Below are positions 13,882 to 25,815 of a stretch of 64,000 nt of DNA, piece after piece. Within the stretch, counting starts at the first letter, position 1; the number at the start of each line of letters is the position of its first letter. The DNA comes from Utricularia gibba. Its lineage: Eukaryota; Plantae; Magnoliophyta. Position numbers and translations under genes: made by a program. The notes below the pieces were generated by a model, which saw only the letters and a program-made list of their open reading frames with translations, ran no database searches and was not told the origin of the DNA. Where the stretch lies: assembly GCA_002189035.1 (NCBI GenBank), contig NEEC01000018.1:124001-188000 (forward strand), given 5' to 3'.

Positions 13882-15809
13882 GAGAAAATGAGTAAAATAC
13901 ATATTTTATAAAAAGTTATTGGCAAAATACCCATGTTGTCATAATTTTTGCAAAATACATGTTTTATATATACATGTTTTCAAAATACATATTTTTTACT
14001 GACTTCTACAAACGGCAAATGACTGTTGTACAATTTATGGCAGACTTGATAAGATTGGAAGAAAGCATATTAGAAAATTAGTAAAATCTACATTTTAGAA
14101 AAAATTATTTATAAAATATCTAAGGAAGGAAGTATTTAAAACAAATTTTAAAAAGTCATTAGCATAATCGCTGCTACATAAGTGATTGTATTTAAAATGA
14201 ATTGTAAATTTATGATTAATGTTATAACAAAAATACATTCACATTTAATATAAATAATTGATATACATGTTTTTAATTAGTATAATTTATATTTTCTATA
14301 TAAAATATTAAAATATAATGCATTAAATTTTATTTGTTTTTTTTGTTAAAAAAATATGAAAATACAACACAAAGTTGTATTTTTTTTTGAAATAGAGTAA
14401 TGAAGAAAATTGATTAATAATTACAAAATTGCTATTTTACAAATATTTTTCAAATGTGCGCTATTCAATAATTTTTCCACCAACCGGGCCAAGGGAGAGA
14501 GATTTATAATTTCCTGCTTTTGCTTGTTCAGCTGTAGGAATTAGGCTTGTCAAAAAACATGTATTTTGCTAATATTGTATTTAATTGAGGCATTTTATCA
14601 ATTGATAAACGAAAAATCTATACATGTCGTGAATATACAAATTTTTCTATCAAATAAATTTTTTTATCCTAATAGACATTCAAGCATAATACAATTATGA
14701 GCATAGTGATTAGAATCGAACATGAAGAGCAGATCCTTGTCATGTGATTATCAATGCATGCAATCAGTGTCATATTGATAGAATTAGTCTGAATTAAGAT
14801 TAAGGTAGATTTACGATAAAATACAATAAAGAAAAACAACAAACTTTTGAACTCGATTTTACCTAAGACGAGATGGGTAGTGCCTTGAGACTCCTAAGGT
14901 TAACATGCAAATTGTTACAACTATTCCTCCTTAACAATAGATCATTCACATAACAAGTAAAGGCCTAAGTCTACCCAAACCTTTGTTTTTCCTAATTTTT
15001 TAGCTACCTCTATATAGGGTTATTTTAATGAGCTTCACTACCTCCCCCTCCTAAATCTATATTGGTTTCTAAAGAAATAATGTGACACTTGGTTGATTTA
15101 ATTTAGTGAACAATAAACTTGTTAACCTCCACTTACCCCCAGGCACCACTAGGTGCTTTAGCTACTCAATATATGAGAAAACAAAGCGTTTTCATAACAT
15201 ATACTGATCAACATTTTGTTCTCAAAGTTAAACAAACATAACAGAAACAAAAAGATTAAATTGTTCACATAGTAAAGCTAAAACTTTCTCAACTAGGAAT
15301 AGTGTGCTCCTAGAGCAAAAGAAATCTTCAAAAGTAAGCTGGTTTTTCTCGATCATTGTCCTTGTTCTTCTGGGTGTTCTTGCGATGGGGAGATATTTTT
15401 TCAAAAGTGTGTGTCCCCCGTTCAATGGTCCTCTCCCTCTTTTCTCTTCCATCGTTTCCAAAGTTCCCAATTTTTCCTTTTTTAGGATTTGGTTATAATT
15501 ACTTTAGCTTTTTGTTCATATCCTCTACAACTTTATAGTGCTCTTTTCGATTCCTAGGGAATCAAGTTTGCTAACAATTGTTGCATTGCTCCAAGAAACA
15601 ATTAAAAATGAGATTAGGACTAAATCTATAATTTAGTCCCAACTAGGAATAAAATACACCACAGTAGTATTAGTCACAAAACATAGAAATTCGTACTAGA
15701 ACTTGAGTTTTATGGCAAAATATTAGATATTTTCCTACTAATAAACACTCAAAAATATGTGTTATCACCAATTCATATTTTATATATATGCATTTTGCCA
15801 ACGGAGCCG
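13882..15809 (+). mobile_element. Non-autonomous Mutator-like element with dissimilar ends (copy 1), containing a nested solo LTR
   Basis: 9-bp direct repeat CCAAGAGTC at 13873-13881 and 15810-15818. Left end GAGAAAATGAGTAAAATAC and right end CCAACGGAGCC(G) match the ends of the 29265-30104 copy. Confidence 0.7.
14603..15767 (-). mobile_element. Solo LTR, Athila-type family
   Basis: TG...CA termini (TGATAAAC...GTGTTATCA). Near-TSD TCAAT/CCAAT. The reverse complement matches the ends of 4372-5533. Confidence 0.85.
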
Positions 15810-16161
15810 CCAAGAGTCTTCTGAGATAGAATAAGTCAGAATAAGTGGATTAGGGGAGCCCAATTTGTATAGATTATTATGTAAGTACATGGCTAGTACA
15901 GATTGAAGTTGTCTCCACTCAAAATTGCAGAATGAATCATTGACATTGAAGTTGGCCCATACTAAGGAGATTTTGCATAATTTCAAGGGCATAGCACACA
16001 TTTTCGATCACAATAAAACATGTTTGAGTAAGCAATTCAATAGTTCCTTTGCCTAGAATCTTAGTAGCATGTTTGGTTGATCCACATAGATTATTGTTAA
16101 CAACTCAAAGAAATATTTCAGATCTATGCACATGGCAAGTGGCTCCACCATCCACATATAT

Positions 16162-17485
16162 TGATAAACGGAAATTTTCCTAATATCGTTGAAAATAAAA
16201 ATAGAAAATCTGTATAAAATAAATTTATAATCCTTAATCTACACAAAATACAAATTTGGAAAACTTGTATAGTGGATATCGGGGTCGATCACGAAGAGGT
16301 TATGTTTGCTAAGTGTTTTAGTAAATGCATAATTCGGGATAAAAGGAAATCTTAGAATAATACAAGGGCACCTTAAGGATCTGTAGATGGTGTTATGCTA
16401 AGGTTCCTAACTCAATTTACCATCTTTCTACACTCACAACTTCAAATAACCTAATTCTACCTAGGTCATTCATCATATTTTTGGCTAAGCTAGTCCCCAA
16501 TATCATGATCAACCTTGCAATTAGGTCTACCCGCATGCAAAGCATATAGAACTAGGTCTGTCTGGTTCTATTTGTTCTACCCTGGACTAATACCGACTGC
16601 TCCCGTCTTGGTTTGTTGGTCTAACTCTAAACCAAGCATCTAAGTTGTGAAACTATTTGTTTCCTTCCTTAGGTCTACCCATGGTTTGTTAGAAACAAGA
16701 GTTAAGGAATACACATAAATTTCATCATCAACCCTAAGCACACACCACACCACTTCACCTTAAGGCATCCTTAAGACTCAAGCCACTCATGCTTGGGAAA
16801 TAAAACACGATTTCATTCATGTAAGTTGGCCAAAATGACAGAAACATTGTAAACAAGTCAAATGCAGAAACTTGAAATGTTCAGAAAACGGAAAGTAGAT
16901 AAAGATTGTTCTTCCGCCCGTTAGCTACTGTGCACCGCTCGGAACAGTAGCGCTGGACTGAGCTCCGGTGGTGCTCTTGACGACAAAGGCCTTCTTTCCC
17001 CTTCTGGTTGGTGTTTTTCGCATTGGGGAAGAAGCCTTCTTGCATGCGTTCTGCACTCCCCGCTTGGCTTGTTCTTCCCGCTCTCCTCTCTTTCGAAATA
17101 ATTTTTTCTTTTCTCCTTCACTCCATCGCACTGTTCTTGACTGCCAATACTGTACCTGACTGCCAGCACTATTCCCCGCCTGAAGTTGCAGACTGCAGAT
17201 GGCGGTAGAACAGTGCTCTTTGTCCTTCTCTGCATTTTGCACCCTTTTTCACTTGTTCCACATGTTTGCAAGTCTGATTTTCTGCTGATTTCCCTACTGA
17301 ACTTACTAAAATATTAGTAACAAAAGTTGTGGACTAAATCAAAGTATTTAATCCACATTTTAACATAATCACATAAGATTAACATAAACACCACTTAAAC
17401 ATGAAAAATCACATTTATCTATCCTAAACCATAATAAAATATAACCATTTTGTTTTATGAAATTCAGGAAAAATGTGTGTCATCA
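16162..17485 (-). mobile_element. Solo LTR closely related to the Athila 3' LTR at 46753-48174
   Basis: TG...CA termini; perfect TSD TATAT (16157-16161, 17486-17490). Long near-identical stretches with the reverse complement of 46753-48174. It splits the Copia protease at K-I-Y-V-D-G-G. Confidence 0.95.
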
Positions 17486-18351
17486 TATATCTTTTTTTAG
17501 GGAAGTCTTCTCCGGACATAAGTACAAACTCAGCATCATACAATCCAATAAGGATACCTCTTTTTAACCTTTTTGGTACCTCATTCTTATTTGGTGACTT
17601 AGTGAGACATACTTTGTCAACATGACCTTTTTGTCTTCATTTTCGTCATGATGATATCAACATAACTCAAACTTACGGAATGGCTTCTTGTAGTGAATGC
17701 ACAGAGGTGCATTTTTCCTCCAATAGTTTTCAGGTATGATTATATTGTTGAGTTTCTCGTAGACATCACATGTCAGAAAAGCAGCAGAATTTAAAAAATT
17801 TTCGAGAAACCCCCAACTTAGATCTTGGAATACAGTATACATCAGATAAAGGGATGCTGAAAATACCTTTCAGAGGACTCCGTTGTTCGCCAATCGCCAA
17901 TAGTAGACGGCCTCTATGGTATCCACACGTGAAGCACTCCGTGAAAATGAGAGCTTATCCGTATTTGTGATATCCTCATTTCACAAATACTCTACCCAAG
18001 GAGTTTTTTAACTTGAGCATAAGTGCTTGAAGAATCTTACATTATGATCTCATCATAATTTCTATAGCACATAGATCAAGTAGAGGATTTTATCAATGAC
18101 ATAAATTTGATTATAATTCAAAGTAAATATCAAAAGATAAGATTTGTCAATGAGTTGATTGTCTGTAGAACACATACACTAACATATATCTATCACAATA
18201 AGTGAAGTTTCTTGCTATCAATGCTATTGGCTTACTTGTGGATTCTTTTCATGTATTCTCCAATGCATCAATTTCTTTTGTAAACAACATAGATTCAACT
18301 TGAGGATTTGAACCTTTTTTTCAAGAAGTTCAATCCGCTTTTTCAGAGGAA

Positions 18352-19502
18352 ATTATACACATTTTCTTAGTATTTTATAATACAAAATTATCATGTTTTG
18401 TTATGATTTAGGTTATGTTTATATAGTCTTTCATATTTTGCGTGTTATTTAGGTTAATTTCATGATTATGTGAAAAAGTGGAGTAAATCCTTTTATTTAA
18501 TCTTGTATTACTGATATTTAAGTGAGTCTAGGAAGAGATTTAGCAACAAATTGGACAAAAAAATATGGATCAAGGGAAGCACAATATATGAAGGGGGACA
18601 AAAAGCACTATCATGCTGCCCATAATCTGTAGATTCAGACCAAGAATATTATGTGGTGTCAGCAATAGAAGAGGAGAGAGGAAGATATTTTCAAGGGAAG
18701 AGAATCGCAAAAAGGAGGTTGAACACACAACGAACAACAACATCAATAACAATGAAAAAAAGGGAAGGAGGGAAGAAGAAGATAATATTTCAAGAAGAAA
18801 CACCTCTACTATGAAGAATAGGCATGAAAGTCTAGTTCAACACTACTGTTCCGAATAATGAATATTAACAAATGGAAAATAGAACTTATTTTAATTTATT
18901 TTTAGTTTGTTAAATATTTCATTTTTATGACTATTTATCTCACAATTTTTATAATATTTTCTTCAATTTATCTTAATGAGATCATGCTTGACCTATCACA
19001 TATGGGTGGTTAAATTTAGAAATGCCTTAAGATGTGTGAAGGTGATGAGGTTTAGGATTTTTTAGATAATCTACACATATGCACATTAGTAGTTTGTTTC
19101 TAACATTGCTTCGTAAAGCTAAGAGGGAGGCAAATAATATTACAACTCAAATGCTGGATTTGGGGGTAGACTAAGAAATCAAGATAAGAATAGTTGATAG
19201 TAATATTAAGTAGAACCAATAAAACCGTATAAACCTAATTCTAAATATTTTATATGTAGGTAGATCTAGGTGTGAAATGGGTAAGGATATTGTGGACTAT
19301 TTTAGTAGAAAATATGAAAACAATGTAAATATACTTAGGTTGTTTAGAATGTGCGTATAGATAAATTATAGATTAAATTAGGAACTTGATTACTACATCA
19401 CCTAAACTACCTTAAAACATCTTAGTGTTATTTTGCATACAAAACTAACATTTGCTATTTTCTGCGTTATGATATGATTTTAATTACTAAACTTGCATAT
19501 CA
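18352..19502 (+). mobile_element. Diverged solo LTR, Athila-type family
   Basis: The 5' part (TACACATTTTCTTAGTATTTTATAATACAAAAT...) resembles the reverse complement of the 38922-40280 end; ends ...TTGCATATCA. 5' terminus decayed, no TSD seen, start approximate. Confidence 0.55.
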
Positions 19503-22083
19503 TTTTTAGTTTGATCTTGGACTGAGGCAAAGCTTATTCTGAATTTTACATTTTGAAAAATGCATTACAAGCACATGCTCCTTGTGATCGACTATGAATT
19601 CTATTACGTAATTTGTATTAAATTTGTATTTTATGAAGATTAAGAAGGTCATTTCTTCTTTATGCCTATTAATCTTTCTTGTTTTTTTGAGTTTAGGAGC
19701 ACATAGGTTAGCCTCAAAGCATTTAGGTAGGCTCATCATGGCCTCAATGACTTTAGAATCTAGCAGATCTTCTTTGAGAGCTTAAATACCATAGACAAGT
19801 TCGAAGATTCTATCGGAATATTGCTTGAGTCTCATGATCTTCCATTTTGTTCCATTCAAACTCTTTCATTAAGCTTTTTCTATTATATTTTTTTCATTTT
19901 GTCTCCACCTCCATATAACTCTTACAATTTGTCCCATATCTGTTTAGAAGTACTATAAGTAGCTATTTTTTCAAAAACGTCTTCAAACAAGGCAACATGT
20001 AAAATGGTAACAACAACATATTTTGAGTCAAACTGCTCGAACAAACTTGAGTTCGACATCAATAGGCTCATTGGATAGAATAGGTGCAATGGGTTCTTTG
20101 ATAACCATTGATTACATATGTTTAAGTTTCAGGTAGGGGGTTATCTTAATGACCCATTGAGGATAGTTGCTACTAGAAAATATTGATAGCGTAGGAGTTT
20201 CTTGGGATTCATGACAACTAAAATAGCATCAAAATTGAAGTTTGAACATAAGGATGAGTCAAGGATGTGGTTTTGATACCAAGAAGAAATTCATACACCT
20301 TACAACCTTACCCAAATGTAGAAGAACATGTGAAATCAAAGTAATGAAAACATTTTTATTACTGCAAAAAAGAAAAAGTCACTTGTTACATGAGATAAAT
20401 CTTATTAATATCTATAGGTTCACAAAACAAAAGTGACCCAACTCAAATATTCACAGATGACTTCATTTTTTTTTCACCACACAATCAGTGACACATTCTT
20501 CACCATAGACAATTGCATACCTTGCTTCCTTGACTGGTACCTCAAAGTGACTTCAATACTAGTGAGGTTTCACAAGTCAGAACACTCAAAAAATATTACG
20601 GAGTGTAATCAATTGAAATTGAATTGGGGTGGGGGGATGGAAGAGGGCCACAAATACAACAATCTATAAGGTGTTTGGTTCCCAAAACGCACCTTCACTT
20701 TATTTGATTCATGTTCTACTCTTTATTTTTCATGCTCTGACGCTTTCGGAATTCTCTTTTGAGTTTGGAAAGAGTTTAGATGGACACTAGCACTGTGCAT
20801 GAATCCATTGTTGAATATAATGGATTGTGTTGAGTTTGAATTTGTCTCGGAATCGGTTCTTCTCTTAAACATGGTTGGTGTGTTTAATAACATGATTGGC
20901 CAACACATGGAGCCTAAATGCACAGATTATATCAATTGATAATTTAAAAAGAAAAAGAGACACATTGAATGAGAGAGTTGGGAAGGCGCCTGCCCCATCC
21001 AACATCGCTCCTCCCATAATTGTGTAGTCTTGACAAATCTCTTCCTTGATTCTAGCCCTTCACTTATTATAATTTTAATAAAAATATGATATCACGCAAG
21101 CCTTGCTTTTACTTCAATATGAAGAATAAAAATGATATATATTTTATATATCTTTCTAATTTCTACTCAAGTCACTTTAAGTATTTATATATACTTATCT
21201 TAAATTTTTATTTAATTAAAATAAGTTATATTTTTATTTGAGTATACGATACATTATTGCATCAAAATTGTCTTTTGAACATTTTTATCGGACAATTTTA
21301 ATTGAAATTCCGTGTCTCCACAAAATTATCCAACCAGCGAAAAGCCAATACCTGCGATTCTGTGGTTCACCCCTTGAGCAAAGGCGGCAACATAAAGTGA
21401 TAATGCTTTCGGAGCATATCGTGACTGAGGGTGGGCGTGTGCATCCATCAAAAAAGTTCGTCAGATTCAACTCTCATCATCTTCTTCTCCTTGAGAAAAA
21501 AGAAAACTGTTGTACTGGTAGGTGGTCCTAACCAGTGTCTGTTGCTGCCATCAAGATGGAGTATTTATTTAACCACAACCATTCCTCACAAAGTCCCCTT
21601 CATGAATCTTTTTCCTTTTCATTCACCCGTTCCTGCGCCCACAATGTTTAAAGTCCCCAACTGTTGTAACCTTCTAGTTGCTCAAGACAACGGTAAATTT
21701 AATGAGAGGCCGAAAACACGCTTCCATGAGTAGGTGTGCTCTCTCTTCCTCATTGCATGCTTATAAAAACTTGAGAACAATTAAGCACTAAAACATAGGG
21801 GTACATCAGGTTTAAGTTTTTCTCTTCCTCCTCCTCTCTTGTACAAGGAGATGAGAAGTGAGAACAGGATGATTGCTTATTTCATTCATAAGAAGTTAAA
21901 TGGTGTCATGAACCTCACTCTACACTAGAATCACACACATGAATTCCCCTGCCTGCATGCCTTTATGAGGTTGGTTCCGTGTAAGAACAATTCATTCCTC
22001 TGCTGCCAGTACTTGCCTCCTGTCATTGTCCACAAGCTATTATGAACCGTTGTGTATGATCTTGTTCTATTTAATCCGCCGGC

Positions 22084-23157
22084 TTAAATCTGCCAGTCTA
22101 GTTCCCAGCCCAGTATCTGCTGCAGCGTAATCAAGGAAATAAGAAAAGATCTGATCTGATCTATTTAACCACAACCCCAGATGATACGATCTACCTGCAT
22201 GTAAGAAGGATCAAGAAATGTCTCCGGGATTGCTGGTTTTTGAAGTGGGTCATCCGATATAGAGGCCGCAGATCCAAGCTGCTGCATTACGTTGTAATGA
22301 AATGAGCTTGCGTTTGTGGGCTCTGCAGCTGGTGAAGGCAAGCATCCAGCATAAGCAGAAGCCTGCAGACAGGAAGACTGATGGCAATTCAGTTGCTGGT
22401 TTAACAACGGAGAAACTAGATGATCTTCAGCTTCAACCTTAATCATCTCTTTTGCAAGGAAGTTATTGTCAAGCCTCGGACTGAAAGTAGCCAGTTTCAT
22501 AGAAAGGATCTGAAGGAGGCAGAAAAAGATAGAAAGAGTTACCACTAAACAGTGAAATTGAGGACTTGACTTCATTAATAGATCACAAGGCACACGGACC
22601 GACCTCAACTTGTTTTTGTAAGGATTGGACATAGTTAATGATTTCATCAAGCATTCCAGCTTTTCCAGTAACTTTATTACAACCTGGAACCAAGTCTTGC
22701 AAGCATTTCATCTTCTTGCTGATTTTCTCCCTCCTTGCCTGAAATGTGAAGATTTTCGAGTTACCAAAATGGCACATTTCCTCTCATGACAGGATATATA
22801 CTTGTTCTTACCCTTTCTGCAAGACTGTGGCTGTCGGTTGCCTGCCCTCTTCTTGCCCTGACGTGAATATAATCCTTCTTGCAAGAAGAAATATCCTTTT
22901 CAGCTTTCATCGTGATCTCTGATTTCTCCTCCTTGGTTTGCTCTTCGATATCAAAATTCTGCACATTTTTGTATACGAAATAAGTTGAAAAAGAGGGGTG
23001 AAATAACCAGCACCCAATTCCAGTCGAAAAAATAAAGCCCTACCTCTGTTTTCCGCTTTCTGGAGGAGCAATTGGAAGAGATTGAGCGATCAATTTCTGC
23101 GGCGGAATGCAGATACTGGTGATCAGGTGGTAAGGAACGGCAACTCATCTCCTCCAT
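22084..23157 (-). CDS. bHLH transcription factor, subfamily XII (CIB1/BEE/BPE-like)
   Basis: Domain [73 protein letters not shown]. Exons (all phase 0): 23157-23044, 22958-22812, 22738-22604, 22509-22195, 22119-22084 (TAA). The true start may be 23361 (see findings); the last exon is less certain. Confidence 0.9.
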
Positions 23158-23929
23158 AAGAAACAAGGGTTGTGTGTTCTCCGGCACAGCCGCGGTGGGG
23201 ACTTCGGCTGGGAACGTGAAAGTGAAGTGTGATGGGAAGAATGAATAGAATGGATGTTATAGGAAATGCGAGAAGATGGAATTGATCGTCGGAGACAAAT
23301 GAGATGGGGCGCCGGTGGTGGTGGAGCCCAACGTCCATTGTGCCAGCTGTGCAACCACCATGTGAGATTGTCCGGTGGACGGGAAAGGTCCTTTAGGTCT
23401 TTTCAATAATAATAAAAAAAAAACTAACAAAATATGGGTGTTAAAATTTTGATATAGGATGAGAAGAATGTGACTGGGGTCGAGGTGCAGAAATCATTCA
23501 AAAAATCTATTCGAAAATATTTATAAATGCATATAAGAATTATTTTATTTATTTTCTAATATTTTTGTTAGGATTTTTTTTTAAAATGTACATTCTATTT
23601 TTAAAATAAATAAAATACATATTTTAAAAGGATACGCATTCTATCCGAAACACCTGTGGCTCAAGGTAGAGCCAGTGATAAGATAAGACTTCAAATGATA
23701 AGGCTTCTTGATATGCATCTCAAACATTTTTCTTTTTCTCAATTTATAATCAATTACACTCTTTGAATACTAATAGGGAAAATAAAAAAAATAATGAAAC
23801 ATTTCACAGTATTAATAGTTCTTCTCAAGATTAACTTTCAACGACATGAATTAAATTCTTACTGTGATAGAAAATTTTTTGTTCAATTTTGTCCACAAAG
23901 GATCAATTTGTAGTAAATTATGCGAAATT

Positions 23930-24639
23930 GATTTGTGCAAAATGTAGAGGAAGCAAGATGCGATGATCTCTACAAAACACGAAAATCAAAAGGGTATTGC
24001 TCCACAAATTATAATACAAAGTGAAGTTTGATGGATCTTTTATTTGCACACTTGACAAGTTGGAGATCAGAAAAACAGAAGGAGCCTCGTTGGCTGGTTG
24101 AGTACATAGGAGGGAGGAGCTTGTTGCTCTAAAGATGGTTGTGAGAGTGAAATTCATTTTTTTGCAGTAGTTAGAACTCTAAGGCATATATCCGTAACAG
24201 CTGAAGATAAGCACAAGAGAACTACGAGTTCACTGTGTGAATCCTCAAAGGTAATTCCAGCTCGGGCATCCCTTTCCCTTCCCCTTGGGTTGAAGTGACA
24301 TATTTGGAGCATATGGCATATAAGATATTGGTGGTGTGGATTATTTTTTGATCGGCTGCTTGACTTTCTTGTAAAAACAAGAAATTATATATTTGATAAT
24401 ATGCAAATGAAACTTGGCGAGATTCATCCTTGAATAAACTATATTATTTGAGTGATGCTCCATTATTGATGGCTGTATTTGCCTCTTGATCCTCTGTGTC
24501 CAAGAAGAAGCCTTTCATTCTTGAGTGAATCTGGCTTAAGGCAGCTAGTTTGTGCTTCTAGGGCAATTATCCTTGAAGTGTGGCCTATTTGCTCTTCCCG
24601 ATGTTAGTCTCTTAATCGCCCAATATTTAGGTATCTGTG
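23930..24639 (-). mobile_element. Highly degenerate LINE-like fragment
   Basis: Faint resemblance of a minus-strand frame (G.RGSRGKYSH...NNIV.SR...FYKK) to the region preceding L1 RT. Interrupted by a solo LTR. Weak evidence. Confidence 0.25.
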
Positions 24640-25815
24640 TGATAAGATATAATTTTCAGTGTTTTAGGATTAAAAAAATTAATATTATGTTATAAAATTA
24701 TGATTTTCTTAAGCATTTTAGTATTTTCATAATTAGCAATGTTAGTTTTAAATATATTACTCCAAATTTAAACTAAATCTTCGATTTAGTCTCAATCTTC
24801 TTTATTTTAATCATTCCTTGAGCAATGTATCACATTTTTAACAATCTAAATCCCATGAAACCAAAAGTACTCAATGAAGATGGCAAGTTATGAAAACAAA
24901 ATAGATAAAAAAGAAGCACAAAATCAAAGAAGAAGAAAAAGAAAGATTTTGGACAAAAAAAAAAGAATTTGAGAGAGAAAAATATATCCCCTTCACATAA
25001 CACCTAAGAAGAGGATTTGGAAAGAAAAATCATAGAAGAAAGGAGGATGAAGAAAACAAAGAAGGAGAACTAAGTTATACTTGAAGATTTTCTATTTAGA
25101 AATATTATTCCTAGTCAGGAATAAATTGCAAAGGATTTCGAATTTCCCACTAAACTATTTACATTTTTGTTATTGTTTATCTTATTGCTATTAAGCTGCA
25201 ATATGAACATGTTTTTTATGTTATGTTATGAACTCACTTTATTTCTCTTTATTATGAGTGGTTAAACACCAAGTGATGTCTTGAAACGAAAGGATATAAG
25301 CATGTTTGTTGTTTATTAAACTATATTAATCATATAATCATTCTAGTTTTTTAACAAATCAGGATAGACATAGGAGAGAAAACTAGTGGTATGTTCATTA
25401 TAAGACAATCTAATTAAAGTTAAATTAAAGATTTGGAAAAAAACCATGATTTGGGTAGACTTGAACTTTTTTTAGTTACATGAATGATTTTTTGTTGGAT
25501 TGAAATAATGATAGTGATGAGTATGTTGTTCTTGAAAGTTTCAAGGTATCGTTTTTTAGATAGAAATTTAATTTACTTGTTTATTTCTTTACTACATTTT
25601 ATCAAAGATTTGTATTAATTTTAGTTTAAATTCAATCTTTTATCATAAAAAAATAGAATGTATTTAACTTTACATGATAAATACAAAACTTTTCGTGTTC
25701 AATTCTAATTTACTATACTCATATTTGTTCTATGATTAAGTATGAATTATATTTATGAATTTATTTGATATGTTAATTTGCATATTTACAACGTGTATAA
25801 ATTTTTTATTCATCA
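24640..25815 (+). mobile_element. Solo LTR, Athila-type family
   Basis: TGATAAGATATA start and ...TTCATCA end. Internal segments align by eye with 4372-5533 (e.g. GAAGATTTTCT.TTTAG.AATA.TA.TCCTAGT). No TSD found. Confidence 0.75.

Larger units (their letters stand above)
7908..20558 (-). mobile_element. Old Ty1/Copia element with multiple nested insertions
   Basis: LTR pair 20109-20558 and 7908-8346, aligning by eye with shared TG starts and CTTCAA(C/T)A ends. Degenerate Met-tRNA PBS (tctttgataacca, about 20095-20107) and PPT-like purine tract at about 8347-8360. Collinear minus-strand gag (about 19650-20000), zinc-knuckle region (about 17650-17720), protease (YVDGGATCHV, about 15900-16161), integrase (13071-13800) and RT/RNase H (8600-9900; LVGSLNFLSQTRLDI). 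TSD not recognisable. Confidence 0.65.

Noticed and set aside
16921-17271. Overlapping ORFs (also 47126-47329 and 18570-18858)
   Set aside because: They lie in the purine/pyrimidine-skewed central part of LTRs and are not conserved as frames between copies.
21238-21733. Small gene downstream of the bHLH
   Set aside because: Short ORFs with no recognisable motif or splice pattern; more likely 3' flank.
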